Positions 1 through 13,728 of a DNA stretch of 64,000 bases are shown piece after piece. The position numbers and the translations under genes were made by a program. The notes under the pieces are model-generated. The model made no database searches and was not told the origin of the DNA. It saw only the letters and a program-made list of their open reading frames with translations. Within the stretch, counting starts at the first letter, position 1. Every line of letters starts with the position of its first letter. This stretch comes from Selaginella moellendorffii (taxonomy: Eukaryota > Plantae > Lycopodiophyta): assembly GCF_000143415.4 (NCBI RefSeq), contig NW_003314420.1, positions 128,123 to 192,122 on the forward strand, given 5' to 3'.

Positions 1-3000
1 AGACAAATCCAATACCTATAGAACAAATGAACACTCAAGAACCAAACATTACATTGGCGACCACCTCTACTCCATTAAAAGAGCTTCGTCCTAAACGTTC
101 TTCTAAGGATTCTCGCGTTAATCGACCTATATGTTTCTCCCGCGCTTGTGCTACTTCACTGCTGGTTACAATTCTTCCATCTAGCACCTGTATACAAAAA
201 CATATTTTGTGCGAAATACATGATGCTTTTACCTTAAGCTTTTTCATACTGTATATAGAGTAGGTCCTGTACTCTGAACATTGACATAAAGCATTGCCAG
301 ACAAGTCAACAACCATAAGCTTTGGAAGCTCCCGTATATGTAGGAGATCACGCATGTCAGAGATTTGATTGTTTGCCGCATACAGCTCCATCAGACATAT
401 TAACCCACTCAAGCCCTGTAAAGCATTATGTGAAATGTTGACATAGTATGATTATAATTGGGTACCTTTAAGGACTGGATATAGTTTCTCTCGATTGAAA
501 GCTGAGTCAAGGCTCCAAAGCCGTGCAAATGAGCACAAGATGTAAGATAGTTTCTGCTAAGGTCTAGCTTCCAAAGGGATTGCAATGGAGGAATACCTTT
601 GACCTTTGCAATTGACATTTTGAAATCAAAACCATAAGTTTTCTTCATTTTAGTGTCTACCTGTTCGATATGGTTGTTGTCAAGAATGAGCTCTTCTAAA
701 AATGTGCATGATTCTAAGTCTTCAATGGTGGAAATGTCATTGTTGGACAGCAAAAGCCGTCGGAGATTTGGAAGCTTGCCAAAGGACTCCATCTTTCGAA
801 GCTTTTGATCTTCCAGATGCAACTCCTCAATCTCATCAAACCAGGCTTCATCCTGATCAAGTTCCTGAGCATTATGCAAGTGTTTTACCCTGTTAAGAAT
901 TCGAACTTTAGGTTCTAGCATCTGCCAGGGGTTATGTCCTGGCGTTTGGCCGCGAGTTTTGGCGAGGTCTTCATGGCCACCCAAAATCGTTGGAAAAGTA
1001 AACTTCCATTCAGAAAAAGAATTGGCGATGACATAAAATTGCTTAGCATAACTTTCATCCACACGCTCTTCTGTTTAACGATATAGTTAGGATAAGGTAG
1101 TCTTACAAAACACTGACCAGTGGAGATTGGCAAGCTATCTAGAATTAAAAGTGATGGTACATGTCTTGAAACCACTTGTCTGTATGAAAACTCTTCTTCT
1201 AGCGGATTGTTTCTCATGCTGAGGCTTTGCAGTCCGGGGACCTGTGAGTGAAACTATACTTAAAACCTCGTCAGAACTACAAAGTTTTTACTTGTCCATG
1301 AAGAAGCTTCAAATCAGTCGAACACCATATCTCATTGCCTGTCAAGTCAAGTACTTTCAAGTTTACTAGTCCCGATAGGCCTTCTATTCTTTTTATACAA
1401 TTAAAACTCAAATCCAGCTTTTCCAATGACGTGACACCTTCTAGTCCTTTCATTCTGGATATTTTGTTGCACGATAATTCTAGTACTTTCAGATGTACTA
1501 AACTCTTCAAGGCATCAATCTCGTCAATGTTGTAATTGTGAATGTTGAGATGTAAAACTTTAGAAAAATCGTGAACAGTATGATTTTTCAAAATCAAGTC
1601 GTTTGTTAGCAGAATCGATTTGTCAGAAAGTTTTATCCTCCGACTGCGTTGATGTCGTGGAGAATGATTTACAGTTCTAGATCCCTTAGCTGCTACTGTT
1701 TGTATAGGATCAGTAAAAGGTATACATTTCCAAGAGCCTCTGTCTTTATCTGATTCGCACTCCGATGTGAAAAGCATGCGCTTTTGTCTGGCTGATATTC
1801 TCTGCGTGATTTCTCCTCCGTTTTCGTTGTGGTAAGTATACTGAAATTCGACCAGATATTCAGGCACTACAAGGGTGGACTCAAAGACAAACCACGACCG
1901 TTGTACGGGGTCAGATGGATGAAGTCTATAAACAGAATCAGCTCCCGGATAAGTGGACTTTTTCGCTGCAGGCGAGGCTAAATTGACTGCCATTACAAAC
2001 TGGTTCATCATGTTAATGAACAATTTGTTGAGGGTAATAGTTACCAGTAAGATCCTGGACCGAGCAACCAAGGTAAGCTTTCACAACCAAAACCCAGCCT
2101 GGAGCCTTTATATTCCAAGGGGACTCTGTCTGCAACTGCTCAGCAATCACCTGCTCAGAATCCAAGTCAAATAGATGAAAATTCATAAAGTTATTAACCT
2201 GAAGGCGGCGCACATCTGCTAAACCAATAGAATTTGAAAGTAAAACTGGCCCATGGCAGCCATGATTAGACTGTCCAGGCAAGTAGGGGAATCCCTCCTC
2301 CACAATGCACTGAAATTCATCTGCGCATTGCAACGTTTCCCCGTAAAGAAGGTACTCAACATGCTTCTTTCTAGATTTAACCACCTGAAATAATGAAGTG
2401 AACGCCATAAAATGGAAAAGAAGTCAGTCCCACCGAACCTTTCCTTCAAAGCCTTTCTCCCACCGGTCTTGGAGGAAGCGATTATGTATACGTATCACTT
2501 TCAGTACACGAACCCCAGTGATACCAAATGGAGAATAGTCCAGTAATGAAAATCTTGAGGTCACTAAGTTGTCGCAGTTTTTAAACCAGACATCCCTTGG
2601 ATTCCCTATTTCCATGCGAATGTTACCACCTAAGAAAAGAAGTGCGTTAGTGTGGGTGAAAACGGGAAGTAATTCAGCCGAAACCTGTGTCAAGCTCCAG
2701 CTTGAGCCAGTGTATTTTGCGCTCTACAGCAGCTCTTTCCTTGGCTCTGACAATGTGCATGTCCTCTCTTAGTGTATCCAGGCGTGCCATTACATGCGAT
2801 ATTTGATTCTCAAGAGTGGTAACCATGGATTTGGAATGATGCCACCAATCTTGTCTTCTGGATTGCTCAAGCCCCACAAATGAAGTCTTAGTAGACCTGA
2901 AAGCTTCTTGAAACTCATGTGCCTGCTTCATTTGCTGCCTCAGATCCTTTTGATTTCTAAATAGCTTTGCAAGTGTTCTACAAGGAATATTGGCTTTTCA

Positions 3001-4116
3001 GGTCAATAGCTTGTGTCATGTAGCAACAAAACTACTTACTTTTGAAGACTTCTTGCACGTCTTGACTCACATTTCACAGACAGAGATGCAATATTCTCCC
3101 TATTGTGCTGCAAAGACTTTATGCACATATTATAGTAGACTCTCTTCCTGGTATAAGTAGCTTTCGCAGCCTGTTTGAGTTCCTCTGCCATATCCTCCGA
3201 ATCCAGCATAATTAACTGTTGCATACGGAAGAGGATATAAGTCTGCGAAAAAGCCAGGTAAATAACGATAAAATTGTAAGCAAAACATAAATCTACCTGA
3301 TAATTATGAAGCAAAGCTATAGGACTACTACCCCAATTCGGGTCGGCAAAACGTAAATCCCTTAAAAACTTTAGCCTTGTCAAGTTCCCAATCTCCTGCA
3401 GTTGTTTTCGATTTAAGTAAACATTTATATGCTAATTGGACGACTAACCTTAAATGATCCTATCCCAGTGGCGGCAACATTAAGATGTTCCAGCAGTTTC
3501 AAATTTACAATATCTCCAAGCTGACTTATGGTGTTGCATGCGAGATTGAGCTCTCTTAGTCTCGCAAGATTTTCAAGCCCCTCCACTTTCTTAATCTGAT
3601 TGTTTGCGAGCCAGAGAACTTCGAGACTAGAAAGATGGGAGATATTCCTAACTTGACTGATTTGGTTGCTATGCAAATAGAGTTCTTTGAGCCTAAAACA
3701 ACCATCCAGGCCTTCAATCCTGCAGCCCGACCAAGTTAATTTTTCAAGATGTATCATGTTAAAAAATTCTAAACCTTTGAATATGATTTTCATTAAGTCG
3801 AAGGACTTCCAGATAGGGACAATTGTGAAGCCCATGAATTCCCCCAAGATTTTGCTGAACCAGGGAAAGTGAGACAAGGTTTGGAAAGAAAGACATGCAG
3901 CAAATTCGAGGGAGGGTGTGCATAAACATTTCGACACTTTTGATAGTCTCTGGAGCAGATACCAATTGTTCCTCTGTAATGTCGTTGTATTCGCAGATAT
4001 CCTGTAAAGCTGTTTGGAAAGAGATAGTTGAGAGTCTGAATGAAAAGAGCGGCGAGTTTTACACCTTGGCACTCGTCTGGAGAAACCATTCGCAAAATCT
4101 GCTTTAAGTCTCCCAT
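1..4116 (-). CDS. LRRC9: Leucine-rich repeat-containing protein 9-like (multi-exon, runs off the window start); SDS22-type LRRs flanking a PARP-like domain
   Basis: Consecutive minus-strand ORF pieces are separated by ~50-bp GT-AG introns. Motifs match LRRC9 as I recall it: VEMFMHTLPRICCMSFFPNLVSLSL, LRDLRFADPNWGSSPIALLHNYQ, RKRVYYNMCIKSL, WFKNCDNLVTSRF...RVLKVIRIHNRFL, RSWFVFESTLVVPEYLVEFQY, plus many LxxLxLxxNxI repeats. The start at ATG 4116 is inferred and exon borders are not all resolved. Confidence 0.85.
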
Positions 4117-4559
4117 GCTGGTCCACGAGAAATAATTTCACAGCAGCCTGCATTGTTCTTTGAGCATGGCAAACCTAATTTGCTCTGTAAATGGAAGTCT
4201 TGTCCCAATGGGTGAGCTTCGTTGAGAGCCAAAGCTTGAGAGTTCGTGCATGTCGAGCTGACTATAGTGTACCGATCATGAGCGAATAATCTAGAGACAG
4301 AGCAAGAACGGTCCACAGTTTAAACTGCTGTAAAATTTAGGGTAAGTGGAACAAGAGCAATGGAGCAGGCAACAGAGGAAACTTTAACTCATTGCTTCGC
4401 AGACTGGGTATACGACTTTAATGGAAACACGTGGTTTACAGTGTTTATAGAGAGCTGAGGAAGCTTCTCGTTTCTTAGAAATGGCAATCCAGAGGGTAGA
4501 ATGCGCCCCACAAACTTCTAGGCCTCATTCTCCATGTAATTTCTGCACACAGTCTGTTT

Positions 4560-5740
4560 TCCCCAAAGGTATTATAGAAAAAATTCCTTAGAATGTGTGG
4601 ATTGACTGAAGATTCCAACTGTGAAGAAGTTCAATTTGAAGAAGTTTTTGGCTGCCAGAGGAATTCCAGATGCAGAGGCTTTAATGGCCATTCTAATGGT
4701 TTTGAGTGATATAGGTCTTTGATGGTGGAATTGGCTTGAGGAATTTTGTGTTGCAGACAAGAAACCATCAATATCTACTATGGATGAGTTTGAAGCTGCT
4801 TTTTATTTACATTTTACCCCTGATTATGATGTGAAGAATGCTTGCACAAAACTTTGACATTTCTAGCAAGGGAAAATGAGCTTACTCACTTGATAAGCTG
4901 TGTCCCAATGAAGGATCCAGATCAAAACAAATCCTACTTCTTGATAGCGTTCATAGTGAGAGCATGAGGCAACACTCATCATTCCCAACTTATAAAGAGT
5001 TTGAAATTTGTCAACTTGACAATGACAAACATAAGGCTCCCAAGTGTTTGAGGAGTCCTTCAGTCAAGAATCATTGTAATAATCATTGTGGACATAGGGA
5101 TGGGAACAAACATCACAAGTTGAAGTTTGTGGTGACCACTTCAGATGCAAAAGGGTTGAAGAAGCAAAAGTTCTTTGTGAAGAATTATATCCAAAGTTAT
5201 CATCATTACGTCAAGCTTAGACACTACAAAATTAATTTTCCTCAGCTGAAGAACAAGCAACAAAGAAAAAAGAATGGCCAATCTTCTAATGAAGGCAAGT
5301 CAGATACTAAGAAGTTGCAATGTGAGGATGATGAGAAAGACTGTTTTGGTTAGAGGAAGAGGCTTTCGATTGTTGCTTATCAACTAAATTATGTGTTGAA
5401 AAAGATGGAGTTCGAGCACACTCATGCATCAGCTTTAATGCTAGAGGGCATGTTCCATGGTAGTCCAATGTGGATTTTATTGGATAGTGGAAGTGATGAA
5501 AATTTTGTTTCGATAAAGTTTGTTGAGGAATATGGCCTGGTGACATGAGGAATTCTTCTATACATGGTGGAAGGTGTAACTACCCCTTTTTAGCAATTCA
5601 ATGCTTCTGTAGAGTGGCTAGAAGTGTTGGTTGGCAAAACCACACTTGTGGAGACTTTTTATATTGCAGAGATCCATCATGTGAATCTCATTTTTGGGAT
5701 GCCATGGTTGAGAGGGTGGATCTGGAGATAAAGAGAGGTG
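4560..5740 (+). pseudogene. Highly degenerate Ty3/gypsy gag-protease remnant
   Basis: WWNWL...TMDEFEAAFYLHFTPDY...QGKMS is retrotransposon gag-like; LLDSGSDENFVS near 5480-5515 resembles the aspartic protease DSG motif; many stops. Confidence 0.5.
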
Positions 5741-6631
5741 TTACATGTGGGGGGGACCCTGGAAAATTCTGGGTTCTCTCATGTTATATGCACCCCTTTT
5801 GGGCAATTGGAGCTTGGAATCCGTTTGGGTCGACCTAGGAGAGCCCCGGGCCCCAATTCTGGAGAATCCTCCAAGTCAACCCTAGAGGAGCCTTGGCCAT
5901 ACATGTGGCAACCTAAATTTGTTTTAGATCTGGTGGAAATAAGGCCATGCTACAGCTAGTGCACCCAAGAAAATTAACGAGAGATGGAATCACTACACCA
6001 TCCCTCAAGAGGACAATCAGGTAGCTCAAGAGCACCCACAACAACATCAATGGTGCAACCATAAGCTACAAACCAAGTAAGGATTAGAGAATTTTTGTAT
6101 TTGTATTCATGATGCATTTCTAAGAAAACTTGGCATCTCTAGCATCATTTTCAGTTCAGAATTTTTATTTATTTGCAAGGCAGAGTCTTGGGGATGCCCT
6201 AGTGAGCTAAAATTTTCATTTTATTTAAGCTAAATTTTTCTTTTTAGGAAACACAATTGGACTTAGAACTCATGGAAAATCCACAAGTGCCTTAGAATTT
6301 GGATTGTGCTTTTAGAAACATGTTTAGTGTAGTTTATGTAATAGTCACTTACTCAACAAAATGTTTACACACCAAAACTTCTTTAAGTCCACAAGACCTA
6401 TCTAATGAGTTTTTCAAGTTTAAATTTTGGTTTGAGTTTTCTTTTCCTTCTACATTTCAGTTGACTTTGGTTCTTTCCTTATCTGTAACTATGTCTCAAT
6501 AGCAGGAAATACAGCTACAAGTTGCCTCGACACCTCAACTTTCAATCTCTTAAATCCAGACTAGTAGAAGTGATTCAAAGTATTTTAAACAGAAGATTGA
6601 AGTTAGGAAGGAGAAGAGATGGACACTAGAG

Positions 6632-7835
6632 TGTAAGCCATAAATTTTGCTTTTCCAATTTGCCAACTTACCTTGTTTATCTAACCACCACTGCCTTAGC
6701 TTTAGTTAAGTTTCCTTACCAAGGTTTCTACCTATTGTACTAGCTCATACTTGGTTTTAGCTATTCATTACACAAGCAATGGAATGTTAGCCATCCATTT
6801 ATGAATTCTCAAATTCTCTCCTAGTGGCCCTCCCCAGATTAAACTAGACTTAAGGTTCAGATACATTCTTCACAAGCACAAACAGCTAAACTGTAGCGCA
6901 TGTGATCATGGGATGAGATTTGGATATACTGTCACCGTGGATCCTTGGAACCTTGGGAGATAAATGGGGATAAAATAGCCACTAAGGGCTCTCTCATCAA
7001 GCAATTGCCCCTTTTCCAGTTGGCTTAAGGGGAGAGAGATAAGGTGCGCTACAGTTGGTATCGGAGCAAATGGCACGGGTTCGATTCCCATTGATTAGTG
7101 GCTACTTAAAAGTATAATATACCCTTGAGCAAGGTATATTCCTACCCCTAAAAATTTAAATCGTACATATTGGGCATCCATGCGTACGTCCTTCCTCTTG
7201 TGTGGAGTATCCACGGACGAAGGTATCCACCGTGGGACTGCGGTACGGGTGGATGACTAGTTGCCTCACATGGAATAGCTGGTCTACACAATGGAAGGAT
7301 TGGTAGATTGAGTGCGGAAATGGAGGTGTTGGTTCCCCTTGGCTCAGTAGGGGTTGTTAGTCAATAGTCAATGAGGACATTGACATCTCTAAAGGGGGGG
7401 TGAGTGTAGTGCATGTGATCATGGGATGAGATTTGGATATACTGTCACCGTGGATCTTTGGAACCTTGGGAGATAAATGGGGATAAAATAGCCACTAAGG
7501 GCTCTCTCATCAAGCAATTGCCCCTTTTCCAGTTGGCTTAAGGGGAGAGAGATAAGGTGCGCTACATAAACACACTAAGCCTCCAGGTTCCTAACCTCCC
7601 TTGGTACCACAAAACTTGATCATAGGACCCTCTAATCCCAAGCCTAGGGGCATCACTTGCTTTGGGACCCTAAGGGGAAACATTGTGGCCTAACGGCCAG
7701 GTATGGGTACCCTATTCCCCCGCTTCCATCCCGAAGGGAAGGCCCAAACCCCTAGGATGGGGCAAGGACAATTGATCCATATAATACTCAAGTGGGGCAC
7801 CACTCCACATGAGCTGGGAGCACCACAGTCAGTTT
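6632..7835 (-). mobile_element. Partial family-C LTR, interrupted by a TRIM
   Basis: Begins TGTAAGCC and aligns by eye with the family-C LTR at 37288-38452. Confidence 0.7.
6892..7566 (+). mobile_element. Intact TRIM, 675 bp
   Basis: 162-bp LTRs at 6892-7053 and 7405-7566 (TGTAG...CTACA, 2 differences seen); PBS TGGTATCGGAGC 7056-7067; PPT AAAGGGGGGG 7391-7400; 5-bp TSD TAAAC (6887-6891 and 7567-7571). Confidence 0.95.
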
Positions 7836-8474
7836 TCCTGTGTTTTTCTATGTTATGCTTGTTGGACTTTGGCTTCAACCACTGTTATGTAGCACACTTT
7901 TAGCTCCAGTTTGAGGCTTAGGGATTTTTATCTCATAAAGCCTTCCAATAGTAAGTTTGAGTAAAATGGTTTAGGGCTTCACCATTACCCATCCCATGAT
8001 TCACCACTTGTAAAACCATCATAACCAACATATATTGATATAGGCCTTTTTGATTGTATAATATGAACACAAACATTGAGATTACATCTCATTGCAAATC
8101 GTCTCTTGAGGACATAAAAATGATTTATATATTTGATCTTTTGTCCCTAATGACCCTCTTTTTGGTCTCTAACTTTGACTAAACCTCAAGTTTGAGTTTC
8201 CACTACCTTTAGTTCAATCTAAAAAAAAGCTTTTGAGAGCACAACAATGACTACTTGAATTAATAAACTATCCCTATAGTCTTAATTGATCCTTTTATAA
8301 TCATGTCTAGGAATGATCCACTAATGCCATATTAGAGAACTATAGACAAGCTTATTTGCCACTCATACCAAACTTAGAGAAGGTTTACTTTTACCTTTGG
8401 TAACATGGAACAACTCATGGTAACCACTGATAGGCTAACATTAATCTTTCCAACTCAAAGTGTAACCTTAAGTT

Positions 8475-8628
8475 TGTAGCACACTTTATCTCTCTCCCCT
8501 TAATCCAAGGGATAATTGTTTGATGAGAGAGCTCTTAATGCCTATTTTATACCCATTTATCCCCCAAGGTTCCAAACATCTATAGTGATAGTATATTTAA
8601 ATCTTATCCCGTGATCACATGCACTATA
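8475..8628 (-). mobile_element. Older solo LTR of the same TRIM family
   Basis: Diverged reverse complement of the 162-bp LTR; TSD AAGTT on both sides (8470-8474, 8629-8633); the empty site matches the homologous sequence near 33950. Confidence 0.85.
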
Positions 8629-8753
8629 AAGTTGCTAAAATACCTCAATCACTAAGTGCAAGCATAAACTTGTGTAAAAAGTGCATCAAAAATATATTTT
8701 GAACCTAAGCAAAAGCTTATACAATATAGTATGAAAAAGTAACTAAAAAAAAA

Positions 8754-9125
8754 TGTTAGCGACTAAATTTTCCATTCTACTTTAATCACTTAACCACACC
8801 TCCGACCACTTGGAGGAGTCTCACTCACAACCTCCATAAGTCCTGTTCTGGACTTAAGGACTTGCTAGCCCTAAGAATGGCATCCATCTCGGATACTTCC
8901 ACGTGTCATGTGTTGGTCCTCTTGTCTCTCTTTTCTAGAGACTCACTTATTGCTTGCTTCATGCTTGTTCCTCGAGCCCTTCATTGGGAGTTCCACTCCT
9001 GCTCTCGACTTTTCAAGTCAGAGCTTTTAGTCCAAACGTGTTATGCTCATTTGGCTTTCACTTCGGCCACTACCATATGGCACCCTTGTGGCTCCATTTT
9101 GGGGCTTAGGGATTTGTGTCTCACA
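8754..9125 (-). mobile_element. Internally deleted family-A LTR
   Basis: Both LTR termini are present (TGTTAGCGACTAA...GTGTCTCACA) but the central ~1.5 kb is missing; the junction falls on TCCAT microhomology. Confidence 0.75.
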
Positions 9126-9737
9126 CTCAATGGACACATGTGAAGCCATAACAACTAAACATATACCCACTTGGATCATTGTCATCATCCCTATGTATGC
9201 AATGAGATTATTTACTTAATCTCATTGGATAGTACTCACTGAGACATATTTTATAATACAAAATGTAGCACATGTTATTTTCACCCTTTACCTTATAGTG
9301 ATTTACCATAGGATAACTATAGAGCAAACTTGAGTTTTTAGGCCTTAGGCCACTAAATGAAGCAATGGAGCCAAACTCTCAAGTATATAGTAAAGAGCAA
9401 AGAACTAGAGCATAGGATGACTCCCAAGCATATAGCCTAAGGAGTAAAAGGATAAAATTGAAAACCTTGAATAGAGTTTGGTGAAATTTTAGTATAATGC
9501 TAGGATATGGATATTCCATCAACTAGCATGGTATGGAACTTGTGCTTAAACCCAAGCCAGATGTAAAACAAGAAAAAGCATACAAATGAGGAGCTAAACT
9601 ATGCCTCAAGTTAGTCAGCCATGCCCAACTTACCCTACTATACATTTCAAACCCCTCTTCTGAATATAAGCACAAGCTTTTGTCTTTCACCATAGTTCTA
9701 GAAGTTCATTTTTGGGATAATTACAAGAGCTTACTAA

Positions 9738-11064
9738 TGTAAGGAACCAACTCCCCAAGGTGCCATATGCTAAAGGATCCTTAAAACCATGACTGGAATG
9801 ATAAAGAGTTCATCAAATAAGATCGAGTTTGAAAATAACTCTAAGACCAAGTTTGAGACCAAGCTCGAGACCAAGCTCGAGACCAACTTAGAGACCTAGT
9901 GCGAGACTAAGTCTGAGATCGAGTCTGAGACTGAGTCCGAGGTCAGATTTGAGAGCTCTCGACTCATGTGGAGTGGTGCCCCACTTGAGTACCATACGGC
10001 TTATTGATCCTTGCTTTTTCTAAGGGGCTTGGGCCTTTCCTTTGGGTGCAAGTGGGGGAGTAGGGGTACCTATACCATAGTGTTTCCCCTTGGGGTCCCA
10101 AAATAAGAGATGCACCCAATGCTTGGGATTTAGATGGTCCTATGATGAAGTCTTATGGTACAAAGGGATGTTAGGAACTTGGAAACTTGATGTATTTGAA
10201 TACTTGTGCTTGCAGGGAGTATAGCTAAACCATAAGTCCAATTTAACATGAGGGGGATTGAGAGAGAATTTAAGAATTCGTGGATGGTTAGCTCCCTGTT
10301 GCTCATCTAGTGAGTAGCTAAAGCCAAGTAGAACCAAGTAGGAGTGGGTTCTATAAGCAAGAACCTTAGCAAAGAAACTTAACTAATGATAAGGTAGTGG
10401 TGGTCAGATAGATGAGGTAAGCTAGCAAATTGGAAAGGAAAAATGGCTTATAATTTGGTATTAGAGGCTTTTCCACATTCTAGCGAAGGATAAATGTGGA
10501 TTGCTAGGAGATGGTTAAAGCATGGCATAAGAGAACTACGGTGAAGACAGAACCTCCTCTAAAGCTAGAGCTTTCAATCGAACAAGAACCTATTAGATGA
10601 GGAATACTTGCATGGGGAGGACTCCAAAGAGGAAACTTCGAAACAAGAGTCTAGTGGGGAGGTTTGGTTGTCCAAGGCTCAATTGGATGTTCTAGAAGCA
10701 TAATTGGTATAGACCAATACCCTATTGGAGACCCTCGTATGCAAGTTAAAGTGTGACGAGAAATAAAAAAAAGAAGCAAAAGATGCAAATGCTGGCAGTG
10801 TAAAAGGCATGGACCCTTTGGTAAGGATTAAGGCAAAACCAAATAAAGTCAAACAAACCAAAGTAGAATTAGTCCCTCAAGCACTTCCCAAGTATAAACC
10901 AAAGCCCCCATCGATCTTCAAGGGAGTGAATGACTATAAGGTGGTGGAGGATTAGTTTTATGATATGGAGAATTACTTCTAAGTGTTATGGTTACCAAGT
11001 TTGGAAAATGTCCCTTGTGCAAAACTATACTTAGTAAATAATGCTAAGTATTGGTAGAGAATAA
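9738..11064 (+). mobile_element. Family-C 5' LTR (deleted form, 9738-10452), PBS and degenerate gag
   Basis: TGTAAGGAACC start; TGGTATTAGAG PBS at ~10456; downstream KYKPKPPSIFKGVNDYKVVED is gag-like and homologous to 36740-36900. Confidence 0.75.
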
Positions 11065-12164
11065 TGTAAGCCACAAATTTTTCTTTTTTAATTTGCTAGC
11101 TCACCTCGTCTATCCGACCGACACTTCCTTCGACTTAGCTAAGTTCCCTCACCAAGATTCCCATCTATGGTACCAGCTCTTACTTGGTTTCATCTACTCA
11201 TTACATGAGCAACAGAGCGTTAGTTATCCATCCACAAATTCCCAAATCTCTCCCAATACCCCTCCCCAGTTAAATTGGACTTAAGGTTTGGCTACACTCC
11301 CAAGAGGCACAAGCAGCCAAGCACACTAAGCCTCTAAATTCTTAACGTCCCTTGGTACCACAAGATTTAATCATGGGACCCTTTAAATCCCAAGCCTTGG
11401 GTGCCACACTTGCTCTGGGATATAGGGGGAAACACCATGGCCTAACGGCCCAGTATGGGTACTCATACTCCCCCACTTCCATCTTGAAAGGAAGGCCCAA
11501 GCCCCTAGCCAGAGCGAGGACCAATGAGCCACATGGTACTCAAGTGGGGTACCACTCCACATGAGCCGGGAGCATCATAGTCGATTTCCCTTTCGGGAGT
11601 GGGAGTTGCTCTTGAGCACTTTCTGGGGTGGCCCCTCTGGCACCACCCAAGTCCATGCTCACTCCCAGCCAAGGCCCCTCGGCCCCAGTCTCAACCTCAA
11701 GTTAGTTTGGAAGCACCATTAGAGAGTTCCTTCAAGACTAGTTCCTAGACCTCACTATCCTTACTATACTTTTGGAACCACATGCAGCCCCCCCCCCCCC
11801 GGGACACACACGCTTTGGGCTTTCACCCCTCGACCTGTATTAATACTTGGACTCAGTCTTGGACTTGATCTCGGACCCGATCTCGGACCCAACCTCGGAC
11901 TTGGTCTTGGACTCGATCACAGACTCGACCTCGGACTCAACCTCGGACTCACTCTCGGACCAGATCTCGGATCTTGGATTTTGTCTCGAACTCGATCTTA
12001 GAGTCGGCCTTGGACTCGATTCTGGACTCTATTTCGAACTCAGTCTCAAAGTCAATCTTGGACTCGATCTCAGACTCGATCCCATTTGATGAACTCTTTA
12101 TTATTTCGATCGTGCTTTTGGGGATCCTTTAGCCTACAACACCTTGGGGAGTTGGTTTCTTACA
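11065..12164 (-). mobile_element. Family-C solo LTR inserted in gag
   Basis: TGTAAGCC...TTCTTACA flanked by TSD AATAA (11060-11064, 12165-12169); gag resumes after it. Confidence 0.85.
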
Positions 12165-12199
12165 AATAATAAAGGCCAACGAAGGATTGGTATATACCC

Positions 12200-13502
12200 T
12201 CATTTGACCAACAAAGGACTGGCATACACCCTCATTTGTTTATAATAGATGAGTCCAATTCTTTCTGCATAACCTATTTTCTCTTCTGTTGGCAGCTCAC
12301 TTCTCTAGTGAGCTTCTCGCGCCTCTTGGTTCCTTAGCAACACTTCTTGTGCTAGACCATCATTCTCATATGTTGTTCGCACATCATCCCAAAATGTTGT
12401 TGTTGTGCTAGAGATCGTCAACTTCAAGCTTGCCTTTTGACTTAGAGCATTTGCCACAATGTTGTTCTTCCTAGGTTTATACAGAATCTTGAAATCAAAC
12501 TCAGCCAAAGCATTGGCCCATCAACCTTGTTTCCCTTTTAGGTCAGGCTGCGACAAAAAGTGTTTTGTTGCCACATTATCCATGTAAATTTTTAAGTGCC
12601 TCCCAAGGTAGTGTTGCCACTCCTTGAGCGCCTTGACCACTGCAAATAATTCCCTCCAGTGGGCAGGCCACTTTTGCTGAGGCTTGTTCAACTTCTTCGA
12701 GAAGAACACCACTGGATAGTTATCTTTCTTCAAAACTATGCCCAACACAAAGTTAGAAGCATCTGTTTTTACCTCAAAGTCCTTACCAAAGTCTGGTAAT
12801 GCCAACACGGGAGTCTTCCTCAACTTCCCTTTGAGGTGGACAAATGCCGCTTCACATTCCACTGTCCATACCATTTTCCCTCACCCGTTTGGTCCGTTAA
12901 GGGTAGGGCTACTCTTGAATAGTGTTTGATAAACTTTCGGTAATAGTTGCACAGCCCTAACAATGCCCTCAACTCATATACATTCAATGGTCGCTCCCAT
13001 CCTTGGATTGGTTGGACCTTCTTAGGGTCCACCTTAAGCCCGTCCTTGCCCACCACATGCCTGAAAAACTTTACCTCTTGTTGAGCAAATTCATATTTGC
13101 TCTCTTAACATACAGCTTGTGTTCCCTTAGTTTCTCAAATACGTCAAATGTTCGGCATAGTCCTCTAGCATTTCACTATAGATCAAGATGTCGTCAATAT
13201 AGACGACCAGAAAGTGATCCAAATAAGGTACAAAGATGTGGTTCATCAATGCCGAAAATATTGCCAGCTCATTGCATAGCCCAGAGGGCATCACTAGAAA
13301 CTCAAAGCTCCCATACCTTATCCTATAGGTTGTCTTCTCAACATCTTCCTTTGCTACCCTGATCTAGTAGTATCTTGACTTTAGGTCAATCCTTGAGAAG
13401 TATTTTGCCTTTAGTACTTATCAAACAGGTCCTTAATCCTTGACTTGTTCTTCTTTGTATACTTGTTGAGCAACTGGTAGTCTATACACATATACATAGA
13501 TC
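12200..13502 (-). pseudogene. Ty3/gypsy pol relic, copy A, 3' part (RT, RNase H, start of integrase)
   Basis: ORFs with VGKDGLKVDPKKV, LLGLCNYYRKFI, FEVKTDASNFVLG and YKPRKNNIVANALS; frameshifts and stops. Confidence 0.9.
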
Positions 13503-13728
13503 AAGCTCTATTTCGTTAAAGTGGGATTTATTCAGTAAAATGGGACTAGGTACAAATTTTTAAGTATTTGAAAATGACGTGAAATTATAAGTTTTTTGTC
13601 CAGGGGCTAGACATATCTGGGGTATGGTGACTAGCATGGTGACTTTGTGTCCAGATTGAGTCCATCTGGTTGTATAATAAATCTCATTGTCAAGGTGAAC
13701 AAGCCGAATCTGAAGCTAAATAAGAGCG

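Noticed and set aside
3425-4153. 242-aa ORF as a single protein
   Set aside because: Reads through introns; only its distal part is an LRRC9 exon.
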